Source: Candidatus Woesearchaeota archaeon (GTDB lineage: Archaea; Nanobdellota; Nanobdellia; Woesearchaeales; JAGVYF01). From it: 64,000 nt of DNA. A program made the translations under genes and the position numbers. Under the pieces are notes generated by a model, which had not been told where the DNA came from, ran no database searches, and saw only the letters and a program-made list of their open reading frames with translations. Where the stretch lies: the NCBI GenBank assembly GCA_023264635.1, contig JAHFLT010000001.1, positions 35,307 to 99,306 of the forward strand. The letters run 5' to 3'. This document shows positions 38,432 to 48,657 of the stretch, piece after piece (position 1 is the first letter of the stretch; each line of letters starts with the position of its first letter).

Positions 38432-39144
38432 TTTTTCTCTTTTTTTTCTAAATCTGTTTGTGAATTGTCCTTTATTGCTTTAGGCTGTACGGGAAGGGAA
38501 AGGCGCTGTACGATGGTTTTGTATTTTTCGCTAAGGTGGGATGTTACATCAGCAACGCATTTTACAGGAAGGAACAGCACGATATTAGTGATCCCTTTCC
38601 AACATGTATAGACTAACATAGATAGCATGCCATTTATTACAAGCTGCTCATAGGGAGTGCCATCACGAGGGAAATAAGCTCGATAGTACAAGGTAGCCCA
38701 TGTCAATGCAAACTCCGTCATGAGTTCTCCTGTCAGACCAATCCATCTGCCATAGCGTCGTGGTCCTTCAGGTTCTGCTGTCATTGCGATGATGGACTTG
38801 CCTATTACATTATCTATAGGACAATATAAGAATAATGATACGTTCGTCCGTAATGCAGAGAGCACGAATCCTTCGGGTATCCCTTTAATGACTTGTACCA
38901 ACTCGTCAAGACACTCTTTTCCAAAGTGGTTAAGGACTTTCCTCGTAGAAGGCACAAGCAGTTTTTTATCATAGTGAATTACAGACGGACATGCATATGC
39001 AGAACACTTATCCTCATTGCTTGCAACACAATTGATGTGGTACTTACTTTCACATGTTGGGCATGCGACAAGTGGGATAGTATCTTCTAATGGATACTTG
39101 CAATAGCCGCAATGCAATGTGACAATAGTCTCAAGCTCTCCCAT
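38413..39144 (-). CDS. Prokaryotic RING-finger-like membrane protein
   Basis: CGYC..CPTCxxxYHINCx7CxxxxC; downstream hydrophobic helices. Confidence 0.7.
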   Translation of the reverse strand: MGELETIVTLHCGYCKYPLEDTIPLVACPTCESKYHINCVASNEDKCSAYACPSVIHYDKKLLVPSTRKVLNHFGKECLDELVQVIKGIPEGFVLSALRTNVSLFLYCPIDNVIGKSIIAMTAEPEGPRRYGRWIGLTGELMTEFALTWATLYYRAYFPRDGTPYEQLVINGMLSMLVYTCWKGITNIVLFLPVKCVADVTSHLSEKYKTIVQRLSLPVQPKAIKDNSQTDLEKKEKNAGEGI

Positions 39145-39196
39145 ATTCTCGAGTGGAGAAACAGTATATTATAAAAGTATGGGGGAATCTTACAAA

Positions 39197-39988
39197 TCAA
39201 AGATACGTTATAGCTATGGTCGTTACCTTATCAGCTTCAACACTTACCGTCATTTTCTTTTTCCCAAGAGATTCATGCCATACCGAAAGCTCATATGTCC
39301 CGGAAGGAATAGTGTCGATAATAAAGCTACCATGCTCATCGCTGACAACAAAATAAGGATTCTCTTTGACAATGACATATCCTTTCATCCAAGGATGGAC
39401 ATCACATTTCATGGGATAAAAACCAGGATTGTGAAAAACATTCGTTGTTTTCGCACCTTTCCACGGTAATGCGGCATTTATGTTGCCACCGTGAATGTTA
39501 TGCAGCGTATCATCTGTATTGGTAAAAGTCACTTTTGCATTCTTCATCGCTACGAGAACATGAGGCACATAGGCGCATTGCGCATTCACGACATCGTACA
39601 CCAACACTGCAGTTTTGCCTTCCACGACATTGTCGAGAGAGATAACAGCATTCTTGAGTCCTTTGTCTTTTCCTACAACGAGCAGTTCATGAAAAACCTG
39701 ATGAGGGCAGGCACTATCGGATGTCGAAACGTATCTCTGCTCTGGTGCTTCTAATGCATATATCACTTTTCCATGGAGAGTACCGGGATGTTGAACATCG
39801 ATAACGTGGTATTCTCCATTGTTGTGGTTGTTGTCATTTTGATTGCTGTTCATGTTTTGATTACTGTTTTTATTGGAGTTACTATTGTTTATGTTGTTGT
39901 TATTTTGCGGTATATCACCGCAGCCCAGAATCATTGCAAGTGTACCAACGAATAGTGTATTTTTCGCATTCATCCCTCTCCCCCCCAA
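39197..39988 (-). CDS. Lipoprotein with cupredoxin-like and carboxypeptidase-regulatory-like domains
   Basis: Lipobox ILGC, Asn-rich linker, HNIH..CDVHPWM. Confidence 0.78.
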   Translation of the reverse strand: MGGRGMNAKNTLFVGTLAMILGCGDIPQNNNNINNSNSNKNSNQNMNSNQNDNNHNNGEYHVIDVQHPGTLHGKVIYALEAPEQRYVSTSDSACPHQVFHELLVVGKDKGLKNAVISLDNVVEGKTAVLVYDVVNAQCAYVPHVLVAMKNAKVTFTNTDDTLHNIHGGNINAALPWKGAKTTNVFHNPGFYPMKCDVHPWMKGYVIVKENPYFVVSDEHGSFIIDTIPSGTYELSVWHESLGKKKMTVSVEADKVTTIAITYL

Positions 39989-40038
39989 AAGGACAATAAA
40001 TCAGAGTATTTACGTACATCTTTATGAGTTATGTACAT

Positions 40039-40629
40039 CTATTTATGTTTATTCCTACCTCGTCCTTCTACTTCGTCCATGCGGGCAAGGACTACTGGAT
40101 AATCAGGATACGTTTCCTTGTACCCATCCAGCACAGCGGTAAAGCATTCTTCGTAGATGTCACAATGTTTTGATTCAAGCGCACAACGCAGCAAATGCAG
40201 GTCAACTGCCTTGTCTTCTGCCTTGTCAGAAAAAAAACTTAAGCCGAAGTCAATGAAGTGCACTTCTCCATTATGGATCATGTTAGACGTTGTCAAGTCG
40301 CCGTGAATGATTCCATGCGTGTGCAAGACGCCAACTTTTTTGCCAATCTCTCGCCCAAGCGTGGGTGACAGAATGTCTCTTACTTTCTGACCATTAATGA
40401 AATCCATTGTGAGTTCCATTTTTTCATCGTCCATCTTTTGAAGATGAGGACATGGGAAACCAAGAACGTTGAGCTTCCCAATAACTTTTGCTTCTCGTCT
40501 TGTCCTGAATTTTCTCAGTTGTTCATCTATCTCGGGATGGCGATAGTTCTTCACGTGCCGTACTTTCACAACACCCTCCCCGGTATGGTAAAGGATGGCT
40601 TCAGCTCCTTGAGCCAGTATTGTTGTCAT
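40039..40629 (-). CDS. bud32: KEOPS kinase/ATPase Bud32
   Basis: QGAEA, YRHP, HGDLTTSN, IDFGL, EDKAVDL. Confidence 0.93.
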   Translation of the reverse strand: MTTILAQGAEAILYHTGEGVVKVRHVKNYRHPEIDEQLRKFRTRREAKVIGKLNVLGFPCPHLQKMDDEKMELTMDFINGQKVRDILSPTLGREIGKKVGVLHTHGIIHGDLTTSNMIHNGEVHFIDFGLSFFSDKAEDKAVDLHLLRCALESKHCDIYEECFTAVLDGYKETYPDYPVVLARMDEVEGRGRNKHK

Positions 40630-41281
40630 CTTTATTGTCATCTGGTTGGGGAAGGATGATCTTTTTATCAACATATCGGGTAACCTGTTCCATCCCGGGA
40701 AGTTGACGCTTGATCACCTCCTCGATTTTATTGCCTGCTAATAAAAAAAGGTAGTGAGCGAATGCCTGCTCTCTAAGCTGTTGGTGGTTCAGAACAACAT
40801 ACCCTTTTTCCCTGAACAACTCATCATATTGCTCCAAGAAGTATTGCTTCAGCCCCTTGTCATCCAACTGCGTCTTGACTTTAGTAACGATAGTACCTTG
40901 ATAATAGTGATCAACATCTTGCCAAACCTTGTCTGCAATGCTAAGGTATGCCATCATATCAAGCGTCTGTGCTTGATGCAGCAGCATAACATAATATGTT
41001 GCTTGCGCAGGTTCAGTGTGTGAGAGCTCAATTTTTGGAAAGTATGTCCTCGCAATGTCTGAAAAAATAGCTGCAGCACCTTTTCCGAAATCACCAAGAA
41101 AAGTGTAGGTTGGAACTCCATGGTCCAGGAGGTCTGCCTTGTGCTTCGCCATGCCTTCCAACCACAGACGACCGTAGTGATCCTTAAGCTCTGGCTCAGC
41201 TTCTTTACGTTGCTTCAGATACTCAGTGATATCACAGAAAAGCGTCTCTACTCGAACTAATTTACCCAAATCAAAAGCCAT
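40601..41281 (-). CDS. Hypothetical protein
   Basis: 226-aa ORF co-directional with neighbours. Confidence 0.65.
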   Translation of the reverse strand: MAFDLGKLVRVETLFCDITEYLKQRKEAEPELKDHYGRLWLEGMAKHKADLLDHGVPTYTFLGDFGKGAAAIFSDIARTYFPKIELSHTEPAQATYYVMLLHQAQTLDMMAYLSIADKVWQDVDHYYQGTIVTKVKTQLDDKGLKQYFLEQYDELFREKGYVVLNHQQLREQAFAHYLFLLAGNKIEEVIKRQLPGMEQVTRYVDKKIILPQPDDNKDDNNTGSRS

Positions 41282-41299
41282 ACCAAAAATAAAAAAACA

Positions 41300-41926
41300 T
41301 TACGGCTTTGGAGCCGCTGGTTTATAGGGTTTGACATTGTTTTCGCCAAGCACTTGTGCCAGACCTTCGCTCTGTTGGCTCAAGATGCTGTAGACGCTGA
41401 AGAACTGCTGTGGACCCATTCTTGTCAGATAACCTTTATCAATTTCATATCCCTTTGACTTCGCAAAACCATCAAATTGGGTTCTAAAGTCATCACTGGT
41501 CATCAGGGCATCCTGCAATCTTACCCCAACGTTCTGCTGTTTTGTATCAAGAACGTGTTTAGCTAAAATGTCTTTACCTATCTCTGCAAAATTTTCTACA
41601 GTAACACGTTGGTTCTGTAATCGCAACTTTAGCTCTGTCGAAGTGATACCAAGAAGATTTTTTGCATTTGTATCAATATCAACTATTTGAGGATCTTTGA
41701 TACCCATATATTCTTTCATATATTCAGTAAGTGCAGATTTAATAAGATTCTCTGCAAGCTCTTCTGCCTGTGCAGCGTTCAAGCGATCTCCTTTTTTTAC
41801 GCCGGGATTAGCAGCGCTGAACTTAAGGAAATAATCAACAGCAACTCCTTGGAAAACGGATAATGCTCTCGCATTCTCCTTGGGATCTATACTCTTCGTC
41901 AAATCGTCTAATGTGAATTTTGCCAT
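41300..41926 (-). CDS. Hypothetical protein
   Basis: 208-aa ORF with GGAGG RBS. Confidence 0.7.
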   Translation of the reverse strand: MAKFTLDDLTKSIDPKENARALSVFQGVAVDYFLKFSAANPGVKKGDRLNAAQAEELAENLIKSALTEYMKEYMGIKDPQIVDIDTNAKNLLGITSTELKLRLQNQRVTVENFAEIGKDILAKHVLDTKQQNVGVRLQDALMTSDDFRTQFDGFAKSKGYEIDKGYLTRMGPQQFFSVYSILSQQSEGLAQVLGENNVKPYKPAAPKP

Positions 41927-41943
41927 TTCGTTTCCTCCGGTTT

Positions 41944-42300
41944 TTAGTATCCTGTTCCCATTTCTACTTTTACTTCAAGGTTCTTGTTTTTTGCGTAGTC
42001 TTCGAGCAGTTTCTGTACCAGTTCCTGAGGCGCTTTTCCGTAGTCGATGCTGTAGCCGTAGGCGTAGATTGTTTTGTCAGTGACTTCAATTCTACCGCCT
42101 CCGCTAGGGTAGCCCACTTGTACTCCGTCTGGCAGGTTTCTTTTGTAGGCACTTGCTATATCTGCGTGGGAGCCGTATTTTGGGCTTCCGACCAGGACAT
42201 CTTTGGTGTTTGTTCCATCACTTACTTTAGCTACGATGAACTTGTAAGTGCCAAGTGTTGGCAGTTCGACCGCAGCTAGTTCTTCCAGTGTTTTTATCAT
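41944..42300 (-). CDS. Janus/Ocnus family 14-kDa phosphohistidine phosphatase (PHPT1-like)
   Basis: GTYKF, HADI, GGGRI, YGYSIDYG and C-terminal GY collinear with PHPT1 motifs. Confidence 0.82.
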   Translation of the reverse strand: MIKTLEELAAVELPTLGTYKFIVAKVSDGTNTKDVLVGSPKYGSHADIASAYKRNLPDGVQVGYPSGGGRIEVTDKTIYAYGYSIDYGKAPQELVQKLLEDYAKNKNLEVKVEMGTGY

Positions 42301-42504
42301 TTTGTAGTACCTTAATTTGGGAGAGTATCCATCCAATATTTAAAGCTTTCGTTTATGTTGTCACTTCTTAGTGGTCAAATATATTTTTACTACCTGCTCA
42401 CTGTTACCTTGTCCACCATAAGCACAAGAGTAGAACTGTTATTAAGAGTAAAACTGCTATTTAAGCATTGATGGGGAGAAACAGATAGGTGTGTAACAAT
42501 ATGG

Positions 42505-43251
42505 TCACTTTATTATTCCATACCATTTCAAAAGAAGACGGTCTACTGCTTTAACTAGATTCCAATTATCTCCGGTGATAAGGATACAGTTTCCTTTGTA
42601 CGTGACACTAGTCTCATTACTCTGTCGCAACTCGATGATTGCTCTGTCATGATCAGAATCGCATGATAGGATTGGCTGTTTTGCACAAGGATATGTCTGA
42701 TTTTGCGTGCATGCTGCTTTCAGAAGCAGATTCATTGCCCTCACAAGGGATAAGCTAAGTTCGCCGTTTGCGAGAGCGACGTATGTCAGATTATGATCCA
42801 GCGGATTGAATGCTATGTAGATAAGTCGTGCGTCTGTGAAACGGTTATCCAACTCTCCAAGGAGGGTAATATTTTCTACGTCTCTTGGACTGTAATGGAG
42901 AGGGATCGTTATTTTCTTATCTTTGTACAGCAACTCGGTATACCAAATAGTATCTATGTTCACAAAGTTGAATTCATTATATCTAAATCTTTCATCTACT
43001 ATTCCCTTAATCAGATGGCCGCTCATGTCTTTGACAGTAGCCACTTCTTCGTCACGGAGAAGAGTAAAAGTGATGATAATGAGGAATAATATACCGAAAG
43101 TGCCAGCAAGGATATACATATTTCTACGGCTTTTTTTGTCAGTAACAGGGTCGTGAGGCACCGGCTGAGGTGCCATTTTTTTCTGTATCCGCTCATCGAT
43201 CATTTCTTCTTCTCTTAGTTCTTCTGCAATGTCAGCAACACCTTCTTTCAT
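42505..43251 (-). CDS. Membrane-anchored hypothetical protein
   Basis: One TM; four Cys; AVDRLLLKWYGI C-terminus. Confidence 0.7.
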   Translation of the reverse strand: MKEGVADIAEELREEEMIDERIQKKMAPQPVPHDPVTDKKSRRNMYILAGTFGILFLIIITFTLLRDEEVATVKDMSGHLIKGIVDERFRYNEFNFVNIDTIWYTELLYKDKKITIPLHYSPRDVENITLLGELDNRFTDARLIYIAFNPLDHNLTYVALANGELSLSLVRAMNLLLKAACTQNQTYPCAKQPILSCDSDHDRAIIELRQSNETSVTYKGNCILITGDNWNLVKAVDRLLLKWYGIIK

Positions 43252-43341
43252 GTGCAGTCAGCAAACAGGCGTTATTTTTAAATATTATCTCCCTTTTGGG
43301 ATAACATTACAAAAAATGTATATGCAAAAAGATTACCTCCA

Positions 43342-44115
43342 ATGAGAAAATGCTTGGCGTTTTTGATTCTGTTGTTGCTGCTGGTGATTGCTTTTACTAT
43401 TGCGTTTTCCAATTCTTCACTCGTTTTTGACCTTTACAAGATGGAGTACAAATCAAATGGGAAAGAGCTAAAGGAGATTGAGGTAAAAAATACTGGTACA
43501 GATAGAGTGACATTTTCAAAAGCGGTTATTTACGGGAACAATAATGCGAACTTGAAAGAGGTGAAATTAGGAAGTATAAAGATGTGGAGCAATGATTCAA
43601 ATTCTCAACCATTTGGGGCACTTCTCCCTTTGGAGAATGTGTCAATCGCAGCAGGCGAGGATGATGAGCTATCACTGAAATTTGACAATGATGCAACAAA
43701 TCACGTCAGTATGATTGTGTTCGAACTGGGAGATGGCTCCAGTGTTTTTGTTAAAATTTTGGAAGGGTATGTTACTGGAACGCTGGACTACCAGATAAGG
43801 GATGGAAGCAATGTCATTGGAACCGAGTCTGCAAAAAATGCCACAATCTATCTCATACCCTCTGGCTTTGCACTGAGCAACCCTTCACTTCTTTTACCGC
43901 TCCAACTTTATCATAGAAACATTACTTTAGATGCCGATGGAGCTGGAAGTCGCTGCAGCACGCAATTGCATACTACACAACAATATTTTTATGATGACAA
44001 CAATGACGGCAAGAATGCTATAACTGAAAAATTAGTTTATGGTGTTCAGACAAATCAACAAGGTTGCTATGCATTCAATGTGCCTGAAGGGAATTATGAT
44101 ATTTATACGGGCTAA
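43342..44115 (+). CDS. Secreted beta-rich protein
   Basis: Signal peptide; TNQQGCYAF..GNYDI tail. Confidence 0.65.
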   Translation: MRKCLAFLILLLLLVIAFTIAFSNSSLVFDLYKMEYKSNGKELKEIEVKNTGTDRVTFSKAVIYGNNNANLKEVKLGSIKMWSNDSNSQPFGALLPLENVSIAAGEDDELSLKFDNDATNHVSMIVFELGDGSSVFVKILEGYVTGTLDYQIRDGSNVIGTESAKNATIYLIPSGFALSNPSLLLPLQLYHRNITLDADGAGSRCSTQLHTTQQYFYDDNNDGKNAITEKLVYGVQTNQQGCYAFNVPEGNYDIYTG

Positions 44116-44186
44116 GAAGCTATGTCGTGTCTGCAGCGGTGTGTCAGTAGTGTCTGTTTTACACATCACGATATAATTACATATTT

Positions 44187-44480
44187 TTACACATCAACGT
44201 AAACGTCATCTCCCTTTACTTCAACCTTGTAAGACGGAACAGAACCTCCATAAGGTGGGTTAACCCCGTCTCCTGTCCGCACATCAAATGACCATCTGTG
44301 CCATGGGCAAGTTACCGTAGTTTGTTCAAGTTCCCCATCACAAAGCGGGCCTCCTGCATGCGGGCATGTATTGTCAATGCAATACACTTTTCCATCGATT
44401 AAAAAAAGAGCCACATCCTTTCCGTTAACAGAAACACGCTTTGGTGTCTTAAGTTCACTCAATTTTGCAAGTTTTTGCAT
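44187..44480 (-). CDS. Rieske [2Fe-2S] ferredoxin
   Basis: CPH..CPWH. Confidence 0.92.
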   Translation of the reverse strand: MQKLAKLSELKTPKRVSVNGKDVALFLIDGKVYCIDNTCPHAGGPLCDGELEQTTVTCPWHRWSFDVRTGDGVNPPYGGSVPSYKVEVKGDDVYVDV

Positions 44481-44520
44481 GATGGTTGAATAGATTACAG
44501 CTTATATTTAAGATTTTCCT

Positions 44521-44538
44521 AAGAAAGCTTTATATACC
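44521..44538 (+). promoter_or_regulatory. BRE + TATA box of the tuf-rpsJ operon
   Basis: AAGAAAGC TTTATATA about 45-60 bp upstream of the tuf start. Confidence 0.55.
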
Positions 44539-44581
44539 ACAATAAAATTCCAAGAGTCACTTTTTAAGAAGGAGGAAGAAA

Positions 44582-45868
44582 ATGGCAAAAGGAAAACCAC
44601 ACATTAACCTAGTATTTATCGGTCACGTTGATCACGGGAAATCTACAACTGTTGGGAGACTCTTATATGATTCAGGTAATATAGATGAACAGTCCATGCG
44701 CAAGCTCAAGGAGAAGGCAGAAGAGCTTGGAAAAGGTGGCTTTGAGTTCGCATTTGTCATGGACAACTTGAAAGAAGAGCGTGAGCGCGGTGTCACTATA
44801 GACTTGGCTCACAAGAAATTTGAAACAGAAAAGTATTATTTCACTATTATCGATGCACCCGGCCACAAGGACTTCATCAAAAATATGATTACTGGTGCAT
44901 CGCAAGCAGATGCTGCGGTGCTTGTTGTCGGTTCTGAAGGTGTCCAGGCACAGACAAAGGAACACGTTTTCCTTGCCAAGACGCTTGGTGTTGGTCAGTT
45001 GATTGTTGCATGTAACAAGATGGACTTGGCGAAATACAGTCAAGCTACATTCGATAAGTTAAAGGGAGAGGTCCAGACACTCCTAAAAAGCTATGGGTGG
45101 AAGGTTGATCAAATTCCTGTTATCCCTATGGCATCTTTCCTCGGTGAAAATATCATTAAGAAGTCACCTAATATGCCTTGGTATACTGGATCAACACTGT
45201 ATGAAGCAATTAACCAGTTAAAGGAGCCAGTAAAGCCAACAAACTTACCACTGCGTCTTCCTATACAAGATGTTTATAATATTACAGGTATCGGCGTCGT
45301 CCCTGTTGGGCGTGTCGAGACAGGAGTATTAAAGATAGGTGACAAGGTCATAGCAGTTCCAGGTAGAGAAGGCAAAGGTGTTCCTGGTGAAGTCAAGACA
45401 ATAGAGATGCACCATGAGCAAATCCAGGAAGCTGAACCAGGAGACAACGTTGGTTTGTCTGTCCGTGGTTTTGGAAAGAAAGATGTCACGCGTGGTGATG
45501 TTCTAGGTCATCCAGATAAAGTGCCGCCTGTTGTGATAGAATTCACCGCGCAGATTGTTGTGTTGAATCACCCAACAGTTCTCACAGCCGGATACACACC
45601 CGTATTCCACGTGCACACTGCACAGATTGCATGTTCAATTGTGGAGATTGTCAAGAAAATCAATCCAGCAACAGGAGAAACGTTGCAGGAAAAGCCGGAT
45701 TTCATCAAGAATGGGGATGTTGCAATTGTTAAGGTTAAGCCAACACAACCATTAGTTATTGAGAAGCAGTCTGAGAATCCGAAGATGGCACGCTTTGCAG
45801 TTCGCGACAGCGGTGCGACAGTTGCTGCGGGTATGTGCATTGACTATGTTGTCAAGCCGCTGGCATAA
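44582..45868 (+). CDS. tuf: Elongation factor 1-alpha
   Basis: [23 protein letters not shown]. Confidence 0.98.
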   Translation: MAKGKPHINLVFIGHVDHGKSTTVGRLLYDSGNIDEQSMRKLKEKAEELGKGGFEFAFVMDNLKEERERGVTIDLAHKKFETEKYYFTIIDAPGHKDFIKNMITGASQADAAVLVVGSEGVQAQTKEHVFLAKTLGVGQLIVACNKMDLAKYSQATFDKLKGEVQTLLKSYGWKVDQIPVIPMASFLGENIIKKSPNMPWYTGSTLYEAINQLKEPVKPTNLPLRLPIQDVYNITGIGVVPVGRVETGVLKIGDKVIAVPGREGKGVPGEVKTIEMHHEQIQEAEPGDNVGLSVRGFGKKDVTRGDVLGHPDKVPPVVIEFTAQIVVLNHPTVLTAGYTPVFHVHTAQIACSIVEIVKKINPATGETLQEKPDFIKNGDVAIVKVKPTQPLVIEKQSENPKMARFAVRDSGATVAAGMCIDYVVKPLA

Positions 45869-45880
45869 GAAGGGTGACTG

Positions 45881-46189
45881 ATGCAAAAAGCACGAATCAA
45901 ACTAGCAAGCACAGACATAGAAAAGATTAACAAGACATGTACCTACATTAAGGATATTGCTGACAAGACGGGAGTCACCATGTGTGGTCCTATTCCTTTG
46001 CCGACGAAGAAGCTGAAGCTTACTACACGCAAATCGCCGTGTGGCAATGGTAAGGCAACATGGGAACGTTACGAAATGCGCATACACAAACGCATTATTG
46101 ATTTGGGTATGGATGAACGTGCCTTGCGTTTGGTCATGAGAGTACCAATCCCGGAAGGATTAGACATCCAGATTGATATGTTGGAATAG
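45881..46189 (+). CDS. rpsJ: 30S ribosomal protein uS10
   Basis: GPIPLPT, RKSPCG, MRIHKR; follows tuf. Confidence 0.97.
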   Translation: MQKARIKLASTDIEKINKTCTYIKDIADKTGVTMCGPIPLPTKKLKLTTRKSPCGNGKATWERYEMRIHKRIIDLGMDERALRLVMRVPIPEGLDIQIDMLE

Positions 46190-46288
46190 GAGTACACCTT
46201 TTCTTTTCAGTTTTTTTTTCACCCGAAAGAGTTAAATAGTCGGGATATTTAAATTATATAAAAAAGGCTTTTAAAAAAAAGGTGAAGT

Positions 46289-47323
46289 ATGGTCAAACTC
46301 TGTCCACACTGTGGTAAAGAATTCTCTAAGGGTAAGATTTGTCCAATCTGTAATACACCCCTTATTACAGAAAAGGAAGTAAAAGAAGCAAAAACAGTGC
46401 TCAAAAAAGGAAGATGGCACTGGTATGATGCTGTTATTGTTTTAGTTGCTCTGCTTGCTATCTATCTGATTCTTATTAAGGTAACAATAGGATATGTTGT
46501 TGATGAGCCTTACACTGTGCAGGAGCGTTATGAGGAAACTGAAGAATATAACGTCACAGAACCGTACACTATCGTTGTACTATACACAGTGACTCAACTA
46601 GTTGTTGATTACGAACCGTACACACCAGAGAAAACAACAACCAAAGAGACATGCTATTACAAAGACACATCATATACAATCAACTATGAGGGGGGATTAC
46701 AGAATCCGTACAATCCTGCAACTGAAACAGGTTACCGTTTTAAGAACTTAGGGATTTCTGGGGAATACGTACAGAAAGTGGAGATCTGTCATCCGCCAAC
46801 GCGTAAACAGGACACACAATCAGGCTTCCATGCAGTCTTTGCTATCTGCAATTATATGGGTGAGACAAAGGTAGATTGCCCCAATAACCTGATAACAACG
46901 TATGGTGACAGAGCGGCAGGGTACGCTAAGCAAGGGTATATCGAGGATAAAAATTATCCGGGAGTTTACTCAACAAATAAAGGTCTTATATGCATGAGAA
47001 AAGAACCAGTGGTCTGGCAAACAACATACGACGTCAGAAAATCCATACGACTTGAACCACTATCCCTCCCCCAAATCCGAGTCTGTGAAAACGAGGAAGT
47101 ATCGCAAAAGGTAAACCTTTATACCGAGGCTGGTCAGAAAGCAGAGCAGCCCATGCGCCCAGTTGAGAGAGAGATTACAAAAACACAGTATAAGAACGAG
47201 ACACAATTCAAAGACGTTACAAAGACTAGAAAGATTGAGAAATTCCGGGATGTGGCAAAGATCCGTTATAGTGTGAAGCAACGCACGCTTTGGGAAGAAC
47301 TACGGTTGCAATACCATTTCTAA
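46289..47323 (+). CDS. Zinc-ribbon, single-TM hypothetical protein
   Basis: CPHC..CPIC, TM, EPY repeats. Confidence 0.7.
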   Translation: MVKLCPHCGKEFSKGKICPICNTPLITEKEVKEAKTVLKKGRWHWYDAVIVLVALLAIYLILIKVTIGYVVDEPYTVQERYEETEEYNVTEPYTIVVLYTVTQLVVDYEPYTPEKTTTKETCYYKDTSYTINYEGGLQNPYNPATETGYRFKNLGISGEYVQKVEICHPPTRKQDTQSGFHAVFAICNYMGETKVDCPNNLITTYGDRAAGYAKQGYIEDKNYPGVYSTNKGLICMRKEPVVWQTTYDVRKSIRLEPLSLPQIRVCENEEVSQKVNLYTEAGQKAEQPMRPVEREITKTQYKNETQFKDVTKTRKIEKFRDVAKIRYSVKQRTLWEELRLQYHF

Positions 47324-47350
47324 CTATTTTTCTTACCAATTAAAATTTAC

Positions 47351-48358
47351 TTAGTTTCTTTTTTTTTTGATTTTCTTTGATAACTTTGCTACTTCTTCCA
47401 GCTCTGCTGCTGCCTGCTGGATTGCCTGGTCATTAGCTTCCAATGTCGGAATTGGTTCTGCTCCTTTCTCAGACTCCATAATACCGGGAAGGAATATGTC
47501 TGTAATGCCTTTGTGTGGCTCATCTTCTGCTTCCTCAATGTTCTCTATAAGAAAAAGCTTACGTTTCTCTTCTTCTTTCTGTGTTTTTTTACTGAAAGCG
47601 TGTTTCAATGAAAGCTTTATGGCATGGTCGTTGCATACAGATAAAACATATTTTGGATTATTTTGTTGTTCACGGATGATATGTTTTAGTAGGGCTTCGT
47701 CAAATGGCTCAATGCCATTCCCACCAAGCGCCTCAATCCTAAGTTGCAGGAATTCCTTAGTCTCAGCAAAACTCAGACCATGCAATACGATGCCGAGCTT
47801 ATCTTGTCCTAAGGTAGATACAATGCTTCTACGCATCTCATCTATGGGACCAGCTACAATAAGTTGTGTGCGGAGGGGTGAATCAAAGATATGTTTAAGT
47901 ATCAGAATGTCTGGTTTTGAGATTTGATGTGCTTCATCCAAAAGGATAATCATACTTTTCGCGTGCTGCCGTGGTGTTAGAAACTCAACAACATTACCTA
48001 TATGCAGTTTTCTCCATGGCCTTGTTAACCATCTTTCAAAAAAATTAAGTTGAGGATACACCAAAGTCTTTATGAACTCGTGCTCAGTAAGATTCCTGGC
48101 ATTCACATAAATGACGCAGAATCTGTTCTTGTAATTCTGCAATTGGTTGCGCAGCCAGCGTAATAAGGTCGTCTTCCCAAGCCCTTCCTCACCAAGAAGG
48201 GTACCGTATTTGTAGTTTTCTATGAGAAAAAGATTGAGACGCTGGCGTTCCTTTTCATATCCTACAACAAAATTTTCTACTGGTTCGAATATCTTGTCCT
48301 GGAATGGATTATTACGCCATCCCAATGCCTTATCCCACTCAAGAACAAATTGCCGCAT
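47351..48358 (-). CDS. AAA ATPase (ExeA-like)
   Basis: GEEGLGKTT, LLDEAH, NPF, RIE..G. Confidence 0.82.
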   Translation of the reverse strand: MRQFVLEWDKALGWRNNPFQDKIFEPVENFVVGYEKERQRLNLFLIENYKYGTLLGEEGLGKTTLLRWLRNQLQNYKNRFCVIYVNARNLTEHEFIKTLVYPQLNFFERWLTRPWRKLHIGNVVEFLTPRQHAKSMIILLDEAHQISKPDILILKHIFDSPLRTQLIVAGPIDEMRRSIVSTLGQDKLGIVLHGLSFAETKEFLQLRIEALGGNGIEPFDEALLKHIIREQQNNPKYVLSVCNDHAIKLSLKHAFSKKTQKEEEKRKLFLIENIEEAEDEPHKGITDIFLPGIMESEKGAEPIPTLEANDQAIQQAAAELEEVAKLSKKIKKKRN

Positions 48359-48401
48359 GTGTCATTAAGCAAATGGGTTTTTATAAACCTTTCCTAGAGG
48401 A

Positions 48402-48617
48402 AGCTCCATCAAAAATTCTCGCTTCCTCCTGGCTCAGCAGCTTCTCGCCTTTGTATTTCAGGCGATAGCTGACACAAAGGAGAACTATTGTTCTCCTTGT
48501 GCGAGAAGCCTATGGCTTTTTTGCATTTCCCGGACGTCGTCCCCCCATTGTCAGCACAAAATGGGCTACTGCTAAGGCTCGACCTTAGGTTGCTGAGCGC
48601 TTTTTTTTGATAGAGTC
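48402..48617. mobile_element. ~216-bp degenerate mosaic MITE (type-B ends with a type-A internal module)
   Basis: AGCTCCATCAAAAA..TTTTTGATAGAGTC; contains the GACACAAAGGAGAAC..TTGCATTTCCCGGA module of type A; decayed TSD CCTAGAGGA/CCTAGGGAA. Confidence 0.85.
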
Positions 48618-48657
48618 CTAGGGAAGTAATAAAAAAAAAGAAAAGAGAAAAAAAATC

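Noticed and set aside
39815..39910. AAC/AAT-rich stretch as a DGR template repeat
   Set aside because: It encodes an Asn-rich linker and shows no similarity to the flanks of the putative VR
42426..42461. 18-bp tandem duplication (similar 15-bp one at ~50000-50029)
   Set aside because: Only two units and no spacers; ordinary local duplications, not CRISPR
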